Origin: Thermoplasmata archaeon
GTDB lineage: Archaea > Thermoplasmatota > Thermoplasmata > Lutacidiplasmatales > UBA184
Direction: 5' to 3'
Length of the DNA stretch: 40,546 nt
Assembly: GCA_022750355.1 (NCBI GenBank)
Contig: JAKIVW010000003.1
Coordinates: 1-40,546 of the forward strand
Shown: positions 19,269 through 28,100 of the stretch, piece by piece
Numbering within the stretch: the stretch's first letter is position 1
Layout of the letters: each line of letters begins with the position of its first letter
Program-made: the position numbers and the translations under genes
Notes under the pieces: generated by a model
What the model was told of the DNA's origin: nothing
Database searches by the model: none
Seen by the model: the letters and a program-made list of their open reading frames with translations, nothing else

Positions 19269-19350
19269 GGTGGTCCCGAGCGGCGTCGGAGGAAAAGGGT
19301 TTCCCGGACCGGTTCCGGCCGACCGACCACCACCCGCCGGGGTCCCGACC

Positions 19351-19357
19351 TTTTTAT
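19351..19357 (+). promoter_or_regulatory. TATA box upstream of the RPA gene
   Basis: tttttat is centred about 37 nt upstream of ATG 19391. Confidence 0.45.
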
Positions 19358-19390
19358 CGGGCGCACCGGTCCTCCGCGTAGCGCATTTCC

Positions 19391-20550
19391 ATGGCCGACC
19401 CTGCGTCCGTCGAATCCCCTCGAGAGGTCCGCCTCCGCGACCTCCGACCGGGGGAGGGCCCGGTCGAGTTCGTCGCGCGGATCATCACCTGCGAGCGTCG
19501 GGAGGTCAGTCGAAAATCCGACGGGAGTCGGCGCGCGCTCCTCTCCGGACTTCTCAGCGACGGAACGGCCACCGTGCGATTCACGTGGTGGGACCCGCCG
19601 CGCGACGGCGTCGAACGCGGCCTCGTGATCCGGGCAGTCGAGCCCGACGTGGGCGAATACCGGGGCCGAACCGAGGTGACGTTCAGCTGGAAGAGCCGGG
19701 TGGGGCCGGCCAGCGAGGTCCGGTCGACCCGGCGGAAGTTCCCGAACTCAAGGTACGAGACCTGCAGCCGCCCGCGGAGGGATTTCGAGTGTATGTCCGG
19801 GTGGCCCGGGTCGCCGAACGCACCGTCTCCGTGGGCGAGGAACGTCGGGTGGTGTATGACGGACTGGTCGCCGACGAAACCGGCGTCATCGCCCTCTCCG
19901 CCTGGACCGACTTCAACCTGCGGTCCGGTGAGACTCTCGAGATCACCGGGGGGTACCTTCGGGCGTTCCGGGGGATCACCCAACTGGTTCTGGACGAACG
20001 TGCGACCGTGCGGCGGGTCGAGCGGCCCGGTCTGCCCGAACCCTCCACGATCCTCAACTCCCCTCCCATCTCGATGGCCCGTCTCGAGGAGAGCGGCGGG
20101 GGTCCTTCCGCCTCCGTCGAAGGACTGGTGGTCGGACTCCTCCCGCCGAGTGGGCTGGTCTACCGTTGTCCGGAGTGTCGGCGGGGCTTGCAGGGCGAGC
20201 ATTGCCGCATCCACGGAACGGTGAAGGGAATCGCCGACCTCCGGGCCCGGATCGTGCTGGACGACGGGACGGGGGCGGTCACGATCAACGCGGGTCGCTC
20301 GGAAACCGAGCGACTCTGGGGCGTCACGCTCGACGGAGTGCTCGGCCAACTCGGGGCAAAACCCGACCCGTCGATCTGGGAAGGGGAGTTACTGGACGCC
20401 GTCCTGGGGCGACGACTCCGTGTCCGGGGGGCGGCGTCGGTGGACGATTTTGGCGTCACGATCCAGCCCGAAACAATCGATGCGGCCGATATCGACCTCG
20501 AGTCGGCCGCCGAGCGGCTTGCCCCGCGTCTCGGTGGGGAACGCCCCTGA
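19391..20550 (+). pseudogene. rpa: Replication protein A (two OB folds plus a C4-type zinc finger), interrupted by a frameshift in the inter-OB linker (~19690-19745)
   Basis: OB1 is in frame 2 (VEFVARIITCERREVSRKSDGSRRALLSGLLSDGTATVRFTWWDPP...EYRGRTEVTF). OB2, the Zn finger and the C-terminus are in frame 1 (KVRDLQPPAEGFRVYVRVARV...GLVADETGVIALSAW...YRCPECRRGLQGEHCRIHG...). After the linker, frame 2 runs on as low-complexity sequence to 20224. Confidence 0.75.
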
Positions 20551-20573
20551 CGTTTCGGGAGCCGGCCTGGCGC

Positions 20574-21461
20574 GTGGTCGCCCAGGAACTCGAGAGCTCG
20601 CTCGAAGAGGAGCGAGGTGCGGGAGAACGCTCGGCCTCCTACGTGGTGTCTCCGTTCGGCGCCCGGATGAATCGGGTCCTGATCGCGGGAACGCTCTCGC
20701 CCGCCGAACCCATCGGACGCGACCCGGCCCAGCCGTTCTGGCGCTCCCGCCTTTCGGACCCCACGGGGGCCGTCGCGGTCACCGCGGGAAGTTTCCAACC
20801 CCGGGCCATGGACCAATTGCGTTCCTCCTCCGCCCCCCGGTCGGCTATCGTGGTGGGTAAAGTGAATCTGTACAAGGGGCGCGACGGTACGGCGTACCTT
20901 TCGGTACGGGCCGAAGCGGTTCGTACGGTCGGAGAGACCGAGGAGCGCGCGGCCCTCGCCGATGCCGTCCGTCAGACGCTCGACCGGCTCGACCTGATCG
21001 AGCGGCTCTCCCAACACCCCGCGCTCTCTCCGGAAACCCTCGCGAGCCATGGGGTACCGCGGTTCTGGGTCGTGGCCGCACGGGAATCGATCCGTCGGTA
21101 CCCGACCGCCGATCGAGCCCGCTTTCGGGGGGAGCTTCGAGCTGCGGTCCGGAGGATCGCCGGGGTCGCCCTGCCCGCAGACGCCCCCGAGGTACCCCCG
21201 ACCGTTCAGATCCGTAGGGACCCTCCGCCCTCGGCGCCCCCTCCTCCCAGTGCGGCCGAGCGGGCCGAAGAGTCGCTCGTTCTGGAGTTCCTCGACCAAG
21301 TCGCCGAGGCGTCCCTGGATGCGTACGCGGACCGCCGCGAGCTCCTGGCTCGAGTCGGCTCGAGGGGTCTCGGCCCGGACCGGGCCGAACTGGTGCTCAC
21401 CCGGCTGGAGGACGAGGGGGTCGTCGAGGAGCCGATCGTGGGAAAATTGCGAAGGGCCTGA
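20574..21461 (+). CDS. RPA-associated protein (RPAP, COG3390-like OB-fold protein)
   Basis: It lies immediately downstream of rpa. OB-like blocks are YVVSPFGARMNRVLIAGTL, SDPTGAVAVTAGSFQP and IVVGKVNLYKGRDGTAYLSVRAE. The start is uncertain. The sequence looks coding from about 20550 (TFREPAWRVV), but the first canonical start is GTG 20574 and the next is an ATG about 30 codons further downstream (GARMNRV). Confidence 0.6.
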   Translation: MVAQELESSLEEERGAGERSASYVVSPFGARMNRVLIAGTLSPAEPIGRDPAQPFWRSRLSDPTGAVAVTAGSFQPRAMDQLRSSSAPRSAIVVGKVNLYKGRDGTAYLSVRAEAVRTVGETEERAALADAVRQTLDRLDLIERLSQHPALSPETLASHGVPRFWVVAARESIRRYPTADRARFRGELRAAVRRIAGVALPADAPEVPPTVQIRRDPPPSAPPPPSAAERAEESLVLEFLDQVAEASLDAYADRRELLARVGSRGLGPDRAELVLTRLEDEGVVEEPIVGKLRRA

Positions 21462-21515
21462 CCGTCCGAGCCTCCCCCGGACCGCCAATACCGGGTCCCC
21501 GCGCTGTTACGAGCA

Positions 21516-21522
21516 TTTATAT
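21516..21522 (+). promoter_or_regulatory. TATA box (tttatat) upstream of the C/D box sRNA candidate
   Basis: A consensus-like archaeal TATA lies 21-27 nt upstream of the predicted sRNA 5' stem. Confidence 0.5.
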
Positions 21523-21542
21523 CGGACCCGGACTCGGGGCGC

Positions 21543-21603
21543 GGGGGAATGAGGACCACCTGTCTCTCCGATTCGTGACGAGAACTGCGACGAACTGACC
21601 CCC
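21543..21603 (+). ncRNA. C/D box sRNA candidate (2'-O-methylation guide)
   Basis: GGGGG-a-[C AUGAGGA 21549-55]-12 nt-[D' CCGA 21568-71]-uuc-[C' GUGACGA 21575-81]-13 nt-[D CUGA 21595-98]-CCCCC. A 5-bp GC terminal stem, archaeal-type spacing and its own TATA box are present. Confidence 0.55.
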
Positions 21604-21625
21604 ACCTCTCCGGATTCTATCAACC

Positions 21626-22555
21626 ATGGCTGAACCTGGTCCCTCCCGCCTTCTTCTCGTGATCCTCGTCGTCATCGCCATCGTGGGGGCGGGGGTCGGA
21701 GTGTGGGGTGCGAACTATCTCCTCCACCCGAAGTCCCAAGCCTCGATCCTTACGGTCGCCGTCGGCGACAACGTGACGGTGAACTACATCGGCAGCTTTG
21801 GGAGCGGGGGCGAGATCGGCCGGACGTTCGATACTTCGATCTTCAGTGTCTACCAGAACAATGTCACCTATCCGAAGTCGCTGTACTTCCCCTCCACCCA
21901 CGGGGGAAATCCGGCCAACTACACGCCCTTGCCGACCCACATCGGGCCGTCGGGCCAGTACACGATCGGGAACCTGACGTTCGGAACGACGGTGGCGGGT
22001 TTCTGGCAGGGCCTCGTGGGCATGAACGGCAACCAGACCCGCTACGTCGTCATCCCGTACTCCTTGGGATACGGGCCCCTGGATCCCGCCTGCACGGCGA
22101 CCCGGCCCCTCGCCTACACGGTCCCGGTCTACGTGACGGTCCCGGCGGACCAGTTCTCCGCGGTCTATCCGGGGATCTCCGCCACGTCCGGAACCACGTT
22201 CACCGACCCCACCTACGGCTGGACCGACTTGATCCTGAGCGTGAACGCGACCGCGGTCGTGGTGAACCACCTGCCCTCTCTCGGGCAGACCACCCGGTTC
22301 GACGCGTGGAACATCACCGTCACCAACCTATCCTCCACGACCATCTCCGTCCTCAACCTCCTCACGCCGAGCAACTACGGTCGGGTCCTCGGCACCTTTT
22401 CGGCGGCCCAGAGCTGCGGGGGCCAGTCCCAGGCCCACTACCTCATCTCGGGCGTGAACCTCAACGCCGGGACCTACTCGATCAACTGGAACAGCGAAGT
22501 GACCGGGCAGACCCTCATCTTCCGCGTCACGATCGTCGATATTTTCAAAGGGTAG
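21626..22555 (+). CDS. Membrane-anchored FKBP-type peptidyl-prolyl isomerase-like protein
   Basis: N-terminal TM LLLVILVVIAIVGAGVGVWG. FKBP blocks GDNVTVNYIGSF...GRTFDTS and VAGFWQGLVGMNGNQTRYVVIPYSLGYG flank a long insert. An extra ~150-aa C-terminal domain follows. Confidence 0.6.
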   Translation: MAEPGPSRLLLVILVVIAIVGAGVGVWGANYLLHPKSQASILTVAVGDNVTVNYIGSFGSGGEIGRTFDTSIFSVYQNNVTYPKSLYFPSTHGGNPANYTPLPTHIGPSGQYTIGNLTFGTTVAGFWQGLVGMNGNQTRYVVIPYSLGYGPLDPACTATRPLAYTVPVYVTVPADQFSAVYPGISATSGTTFTDPTYGWTDLILSVNATAVVVNHLPSLGQTTRFDAWNITVTNLSSTTISVLNLLTPSNYGRVLGTFSAAQSCGGQSQAHYLISGVNLNAGTYSINWNSEVTGQTLIFRVTIVDIFKG

Positions 22556-22591
22556 ACCGGTCGTCGGGCCCCTCGCCCGGACGTTCCGGGC

Positions 22592-23494
22592 TCAGCCGCC
22601 CAACGTGATCTTGCCGCGCTTCAGCAGTTCTTGGAGCTGGGCGTCCGCTACGTTGGACGCGACCTCGTCGTGGGTACGTCCCCGCGGGCGGGTGTAGGCC
22701 CGGAGGGTCCGCTGGGCTTCCTCGCGTCGGGCGCGACCTTCCCCGAAGATGCGGCGGGCCTCCTGGTCGAGGGTCGCCATCTCCCGGCTCATGCCGTCGA
22801 TCTTCTCCATCAGCTCGGCGCGGGCCTTGCCCTTCGCCCGCATTTCGGCGACCATGCTGCCGGCCGCCTCGAGCTTCGTCCGGATGCTCGCCATCATCGC
22901 GTCCCGGTCCGCCTTCGCCTGGGCAAACTCGGCGCCCAAACGGTCCACCTCGGCGCGACACGCTCGGACGCGGGCGTCGGCCTCCTTGCGCTGCTTTTCG
23001 TGTTCTGCGACCGTCGCCGCCCGGGTTTCCGCGGACTTGAGCTCCCGCGTTCGTTCCCGGATCCGGTCGACGAGGGCGTTCTCCTCCTCGAGAGGAAGGG
23101 CGGAGGTCTGCTGCTTGTGTTCCAGGTCCGCGATCTCCCGCTTCAGTTGTTCGGGGCGGACCCGCTCGGTCGCCGGGAAGGTGAGGCGAAGTTCTCGGAC
23201 CGCGACGACCGCCGCCTCCATGTGACGCCGGGCCTTCTCCCGAGCGGAGCGAAGCTCCATCAACTTCTTGCCGAGGGCGCCGTGGTCGTCGTAGATCCGT
23301 TCGACCTCCTGCTGGGGGGCCTGGCGGCGGTCGTACAACGACTTCTGTTCCGAGGAGAGGCGGTGCATCTCCTCGATGAGGGTCCCCCGACGGGTTTCGA
23401 GAGACCGGAACTTCTTCTCCATCTCCTGGAGCTTGTCCCGGTCGTCCCGGTCCTGCTGCTCCTCCTCTTCGGAGAGTATGGCCCGGGGGGGCAT
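22592..23494 (-). CDS. Conserved archaeal coiled-coil protein (COG1340-like), function unknown
   Basis: 300 aa, E/R/K/A/L-rich heptad-like sequence throughout, with a C-terminal LLKRGKITLGG tail typical of this family. Confidence 0.6.
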   Translation of the reverse strand: MPPRAILSEEEEQQDRDDRDKLQEMEKKFRSLETRRGTLIEEMHRLSSEQKSLYDRRQAPQQEVERIYDDHGALGKKLMELRSAREKARRHMEAAVVAVRELRLTFPATERVRPEQLKREIADLEHKQQTSALPLEEENALVDRIRERTRELKSAETRAATVAEHEKQRKEADARVRACRAEVDRLGAEFAQAKADRDAMMASIRTKLEAAGSMVAEMRAKGKARAELMEKIDGMSREMATLDQEARRIFGEGRARREEAQRTLRAYTRPRGRTHDEVASNVADAQLQELLKRGKITLGG

Positions 23495-23542
23495 GGCCGA
23501 CCGAGGAACCGCAGGCCAGAAAAGCCCTTCGCGCCCCGAATG

Positions 23543-24208
23543 TCAGGGCCGGCGGTCGGCAACGTACCAAAAGTGGAGACCCTCGGGGAACTCGATCGCC
23601 ACGCGCTCAAAGGCCGGCCCCGTCAGGCGGTCGATCGTCTCGCGTCGAAAGTAGCGATACGGGGCGGTTCCGGGGGTACGCCGCCAGACATCCGGCGCCA
23701 CCTGCTCGCCCCGGCCGGCCATCGGGTCCGTCGTGGAGCGGACCGCGAACAGGTGCAGACCTCCCGGGTGGAGCACGCGCCGGACCTCCCGGAACACCGC
23801 GGTCAACTCATCCTCCGGGACCATCATGTAAATGGCATGGGCGTAGACCGCGTCCAGGGACGCGGTCAAGGTGTCACGGAGCGCCGAGAGGGCATCCGTC
23901 CTACGGAAACGGATCTCGGGGGGGTTCGCGATGTCGGCCCGGGCATGATCGATCGCCGTGACCGAGTAATCCGTGGCCGTCACTTGGTAGCCGGCCGCTG
24001 CAAATCGACGTGCGTCGCGCCCCGTGCCGCACCCCAATTCGAGCAACTGCCCCCGTCGGAAACGGTCGTTCAGACGAGGGAACGCCCACTCGCAAAATCG
24101 GCTCGGTGGGCCGGAAAATCGGTCGGGATTGTCCCGATAGATCAGCTCAGACCCCGCCTCGCGGTCGGAGAGCGAAGGCCAAACCGGAGGGGGGGGTGCG
24201 CCGGTCAT
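23543..24208 (-). CDS. Class I SAM-dependent methyltransferase
   Basis: ORF 23543..25021 trimmed to ATG 24208 (MTGAPPPP...). Motif I LLELGCGTGRDARRFA, then VTATDYS and LDAVYAHAIY. ATG 24208 overlaps the larB stop as ATGA. Confidence 0.8.
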   Translation of the reverse strand: MTGAPPPPVWPSLSDREAGSELIYRDNPDRFSGPPSRFCEWAFPRLNDRFRRGQLLELGCGTGRDARRFAAAGYQVTATDYSVTAIDHARADIANPPEIRFRRTDALSALRDTLTASLDAVYAHAIYMMVPEDELTAVFREVRRVLHPGGLHLFAVRSTTDPMAGRGEQVAPDVWRRTPGTAPYRYFRRETIDRLTGPAFERVAIEFPEGLHFWYVADRRP

Positions 24209-24984
24209 CCTTTCCGAATCGCTCGGGGGGTCCGTCGCGTCGTCGGAGGCCGGCGGGCGAAGTGTTGGGCTACGAAAAGAGCCGCAGGGACCGCCGCGTC
24301 GATGTTGACCACCGCCAGCGGCGCGCACGATTGGAGCATCGCGGTCAGGGCCCCCTCGCCCCGGCCCCCCCGCCCGTACCCCGTGGAGGTCGGAACCCCC
24401 ACCACCGGGGCGTGGACCAGGCCCGCCACCACGGTCGGAAGAGCTCCCTCCCTTCCGGCGAAAACGAGGTAGATCTCCGGTCTTTTTCCCTCGATGCGGC
24501 GCAGCGCCCGCAGGAGGCGATGGAGACCGGCGACCCCGACATCGTAGGCAGTCGTGACCTCGACGCCGAGCTCCTCCAACACGGCACGGGCCTCCTCGGC
24601 TAGGGGAACGTCGCTCGTCCCGGCGGTGAGCAGCCCCACCACCCCGGACCGATACTCTGTTCCGAGGGGCCCCTCCAGACGGATGATTCGCCCCTCCGCG
24701 CGCACACGGAGCGGAAGTCCCTTCGCGACCCACTCGTCCACCGCGCGAAGTTGGGCGAGCGACGCCCGCGAGACGATCGCTCCGAGGCCGACCCGGTGGA
24801 GTTCGCGGAGAATGGAGGCGACCTGGTCGACCGTCTTGCCTTCCCCCAAGATCACCTCGGGGACACCGACACGGCAGGGACGGTCGCGGTCGATCCGGGC
24901 GATCCGGCCCACTCGGACCTCCCGTTTCGGAGGGTGACGATTCGGGGCCGTTCGCGCGCGCGCCACGGTTCGCAGGACCGGCAT
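24205..24984 (-). CDS. larB: LarB-type nickel-pincer cofactor biosynthesis protein (PurE-like NaAD carboxylase/hydrolase)
   Basis: IDRDRPCRVGVPEVILGEGKT, then the PurE-like half GLLTAGTSDVPLAEEA...AYDVGVAGLHRL...VFAGREGALPTVVAGL...PVVGVPTSTGYG. The alternative start is GTG 24912. Confidence 0.75.
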   Translation of the reverse strand: MPVLRTVARARTAPNRHPPKREVRVGRIARIDRDRPCRVGVPEVILGEGKTVDQVASILRELHRVGLGAIVSRASLAQLRAVDEWVAKGLPLRVRAEGRIIRLEGPLGTEYRSGVVGLLTAGTSDVPLAEEARAVLEELGVEVTTAYDVGVAGLHRLLRALRRIEGKRPEIYLVFAGREGALPTVVAGLVHAPVVGVPTSTGYGRGGRGEGALTAMLQSCAPLAVVNIDAAVPAALFVAQHFARRPPTTRRTPRAIRKG

Positions 24985-25134
24985 CGAATCTTAACCTCGG
25001 CGGGACCTCGTTGCCCTCCACCCCACCCCGGGAAACGGCGGGGCTCGCCGAACCTCAGGTTAGGTGGTCCCCGAGCGGGTCCCTTGAGCCAAGGATATGA
25101 CCCCAGTTCGGTTCCCCCCGCACTCGTAGAGAGG

Positions 25135-28100
25135 GTGAAACGCATCCAGGGCCATTCCGTCGTGGTTTGGGTCATCGTACTCTTGGCCGTCTCTTCCGCG
25201 GCAATGGTGGGGCTGGCGACGCACGCGGCCTCCTCCCCGATCTCACTGCGCGTCGGGCCTACGACCGCCCCGGCCCCGGCCGACCGGCACTCGTCGGAGG
25301 CTCCCGGTGGAACGGTACTCCCTGCCCCGACGGGCCGACCCGGCTCCGGGGCGAGCGGGTCGACTCCACTATCCCCCCGTACTCGGGCCGGCCCGGCAAC
25401 GAGCGGATGGGCGGTCACCAACACCCTGGTGATCTACAACAACACGTCGGTCTCGGGGAATTACGACCCGCCCTACAATGGAGCCCAGACAGACGTCATC
25501 GCAATGGCGTTTGACAATCTGAGCGGAGAAGTCTTCGCTCTCTCCGATGCGGGAGTGGTCAGCCAGATCTCGGACACCACCAACGAGGTCATTCACACGT
25601 TCTACCCCACACCCCTGGGAACCCCCGCCGGGATCGTCTTCGATTACAAGGACAATGAGATGTTCATCCTGTACTCCGTGTCCCTCTCCACGAGCTACGT
25701 GGCAGTTGTCTCCGCGAGCACGACATCGCTCCTCGCGACCGTGGCCGTCCAAGACGGCTCGAAGGGGATCGCGTACGACAGCGGCCTGGGCGAGGTATTC
25801 GTCTCGAATACGCAGTCCGAGAATGTGAGCGTCATCTCCACGGCCACGAATGCCGTCGTGGCCACCGTGTACCTCCCCCTCGGGGCCCCCGAGGCCTTGG
25901 TGTACGACTCGGGCCAGCACGAGGTGTTCGCGATCAATGATCAGTACGACCTGTATCACTCGAACGTGACCGTGATCTCGGACGTGACGAACACGGTGGT
26001 CGCGACCGTCGCCGTTCCGTACGGCGCGATCTCGCTGGGATACGACCGCGGGAAAGGAGAAGTGTTCGTCGGGAGCGACACGTACGGCGCGGGGGGCACG
26101 TGCAATGTGACCGTCGTTAACGACACGACCGACACGATCGTGGCGACGATCGACGTGGGCATCGATCCCACCGGTATCCTGTATGTCCCGTCGCTGGACG
26201 AGCTCTATGTGACCAACACCGGTTCGCTCAACGTGAGCGTGATCTCGGACGCGACGAACGCGGTGGTCGACACCGTGACCCTCGCGTACAACCCCAACGT
26301 TCCGGTCTACGAGGGCCCAAGTTATCCGGTCTACGACCCCGGACAGGCGGAAGTGTGGTTCTACGGAGGTTTCCCGGGCTACGTGACCGGGATCTCGACG
26401 TCGACGCATCATCTCACCCCGACGGCGTGGCTCACCTTCGATTCCCGGTACTTTGCGTATGATGGCGCCAACCAGGAGGAGTTCCTGGTGGACTCGACGT
26501 CCGGCTACGTCGCCGTCGTTTCGGATGTGACAGGCCAGGTCGTGGCCCAGATCCCGGTCGGAGGCGGCGCCTTCCAGGCGGCGTACGACTCGGGTAAGGG
26601 CGAGGTGTGGGTCACCAACAACGGGGGACTCGGCAATATCACCGTCATCAACGCCACCACCAACACCGTGGTCGCGGTGTTCTACATCCCGGGGGTCGGT
26701 CCGACGGGAATCGCCTACGACCCCGCACTCGGGGAGATGTTCGTGGGCAACGAAAACTGCGCGCCGTGCAGCAACATCACGGTCATCAACGATACGACGT
26801 ACAACGTGGTCGGCGTGATCCCGTACGTCGGCTTCGTGCCGTTCGACCTGGCCTACGACAGCGGGAAAGGTGAGATCTTCGCCGGCAATATCGGAGGCAA
26901 CGTGAGCGTGATCGATGCCGCCACGGACACGGTGGTGGCGTCGGTCGGCACGGGCGTTTTCGGTGGCTGGGGGATGGCGTACGATAGCGCGAAGGGCGAG
27001 ATCTTCCTCACGAACGTGAACGGCAACAACGTCACGGTCATTTCGGACGCGACCAACAAAGTGGTCGCGAACATCTCCTCCCTGCCCGGCGCATGGGGTG
27101 CCGCGTACGACCCGGCGGCGGGCGAAGTGTTGATCGGCGGCGACGAGGGGAGTACCCTCTCGGTCATTTCGGACGTCACCAACACGGTGGTCTACTCGAT
27201 CACTCCGGACGGAGAGGCGCCGAGCGCCGTAGCCTACGACGCCGAGACGGGAGACCTGTACACTGCTGACCAAGCCTTCGGAACCCTGCAGACCATCTCG
27301 CCCACGGGTGGTACCGGCCCCACCCACTATCCGGTGACCTTCCTCGAAACGGGCCTACCGGTAGGGACCCCGTGGAGCGTCACCTTCAACGGAACCCTGG
27401 GGAGTTCGACCATTACCTCCATCGGGTACTCCGTTCTCGATGGCAGCTACACCTTCACCACCGGCACGGTGGCCGGGTATACGGCCAATGTGACCGGCGG
27501 CCCCGTGACCGTCAGCGGAGCGGCCGTCGAAGTGGAGATCGGGTTCTCCTCGACCGGAGTTCCCACCTATACGGTGACCTTCGACGAATCCGGACTCGCT
27601 TCCCCTCCCGCCTGGACGGTGACCCTCGGAGGCTCCCCCGAGAGCGCGACCACCTCGACGATCCCATTCGTAGAGGTCGACGGCACGTACTCCTTCACCG
27701 TCGGCGTCGTCACCGGGTACACGGCGTCTCCGTCCTCGGGCATGGTCACCGTGAACGGGGCGTCGCTGACCCGGGACATCATCTTCACCCCGACCACGTC
27801 CCCGAGCACGTACCCGATCACCTTCACCGAGACCGGACTCGGTTCCGGGACCAGCTGGTCCGTGACCCTCGCCGGAACCTTGCTCCCATCGAGCACCTCG
27901 GTGATCGCGACCTCCGCCGTCAACGGAAGCTACCCCTACACCGTTTCTGCCGTCGTGGGGTACACCGTGAGCCCGGCTTCCGGTACGGTGAGCATCACCG
28001 GTGCGGGCCAAGCGGTCGCCATCACGTTCACCGCTTCACCGCCCGGCACGTCGCCGACCCCTTCGCCCGCCGGCTTCCTGGGACTGCCGGGTTCGGACGG

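Noticed and set aside
22631-24472. 613-aa plus-strand ORF antisense to the coiled-coil, methyltransferase and larB genes
   Set aside because: It is low-complexity and R/G/P/L-rich, while the opposite strand carries three recognisable genes.
24751-25134. N-terminal 128 codons of ORF 24751..28404
   Set aside because: This part overlaps larB on the opposite strand and is Pro/Arg/Gly-rich. A signal-anchor-like N-terminus begins at in-frame GTG 25135.
25369-27327. 652-aa minus-strand ORF antisense to the YVTN propeller gene
   Set aside because: The repeat periodicity and motifs are only meaningful on the plus strand, and the antisense translation is R/D/G/V-rich with no domain signature.
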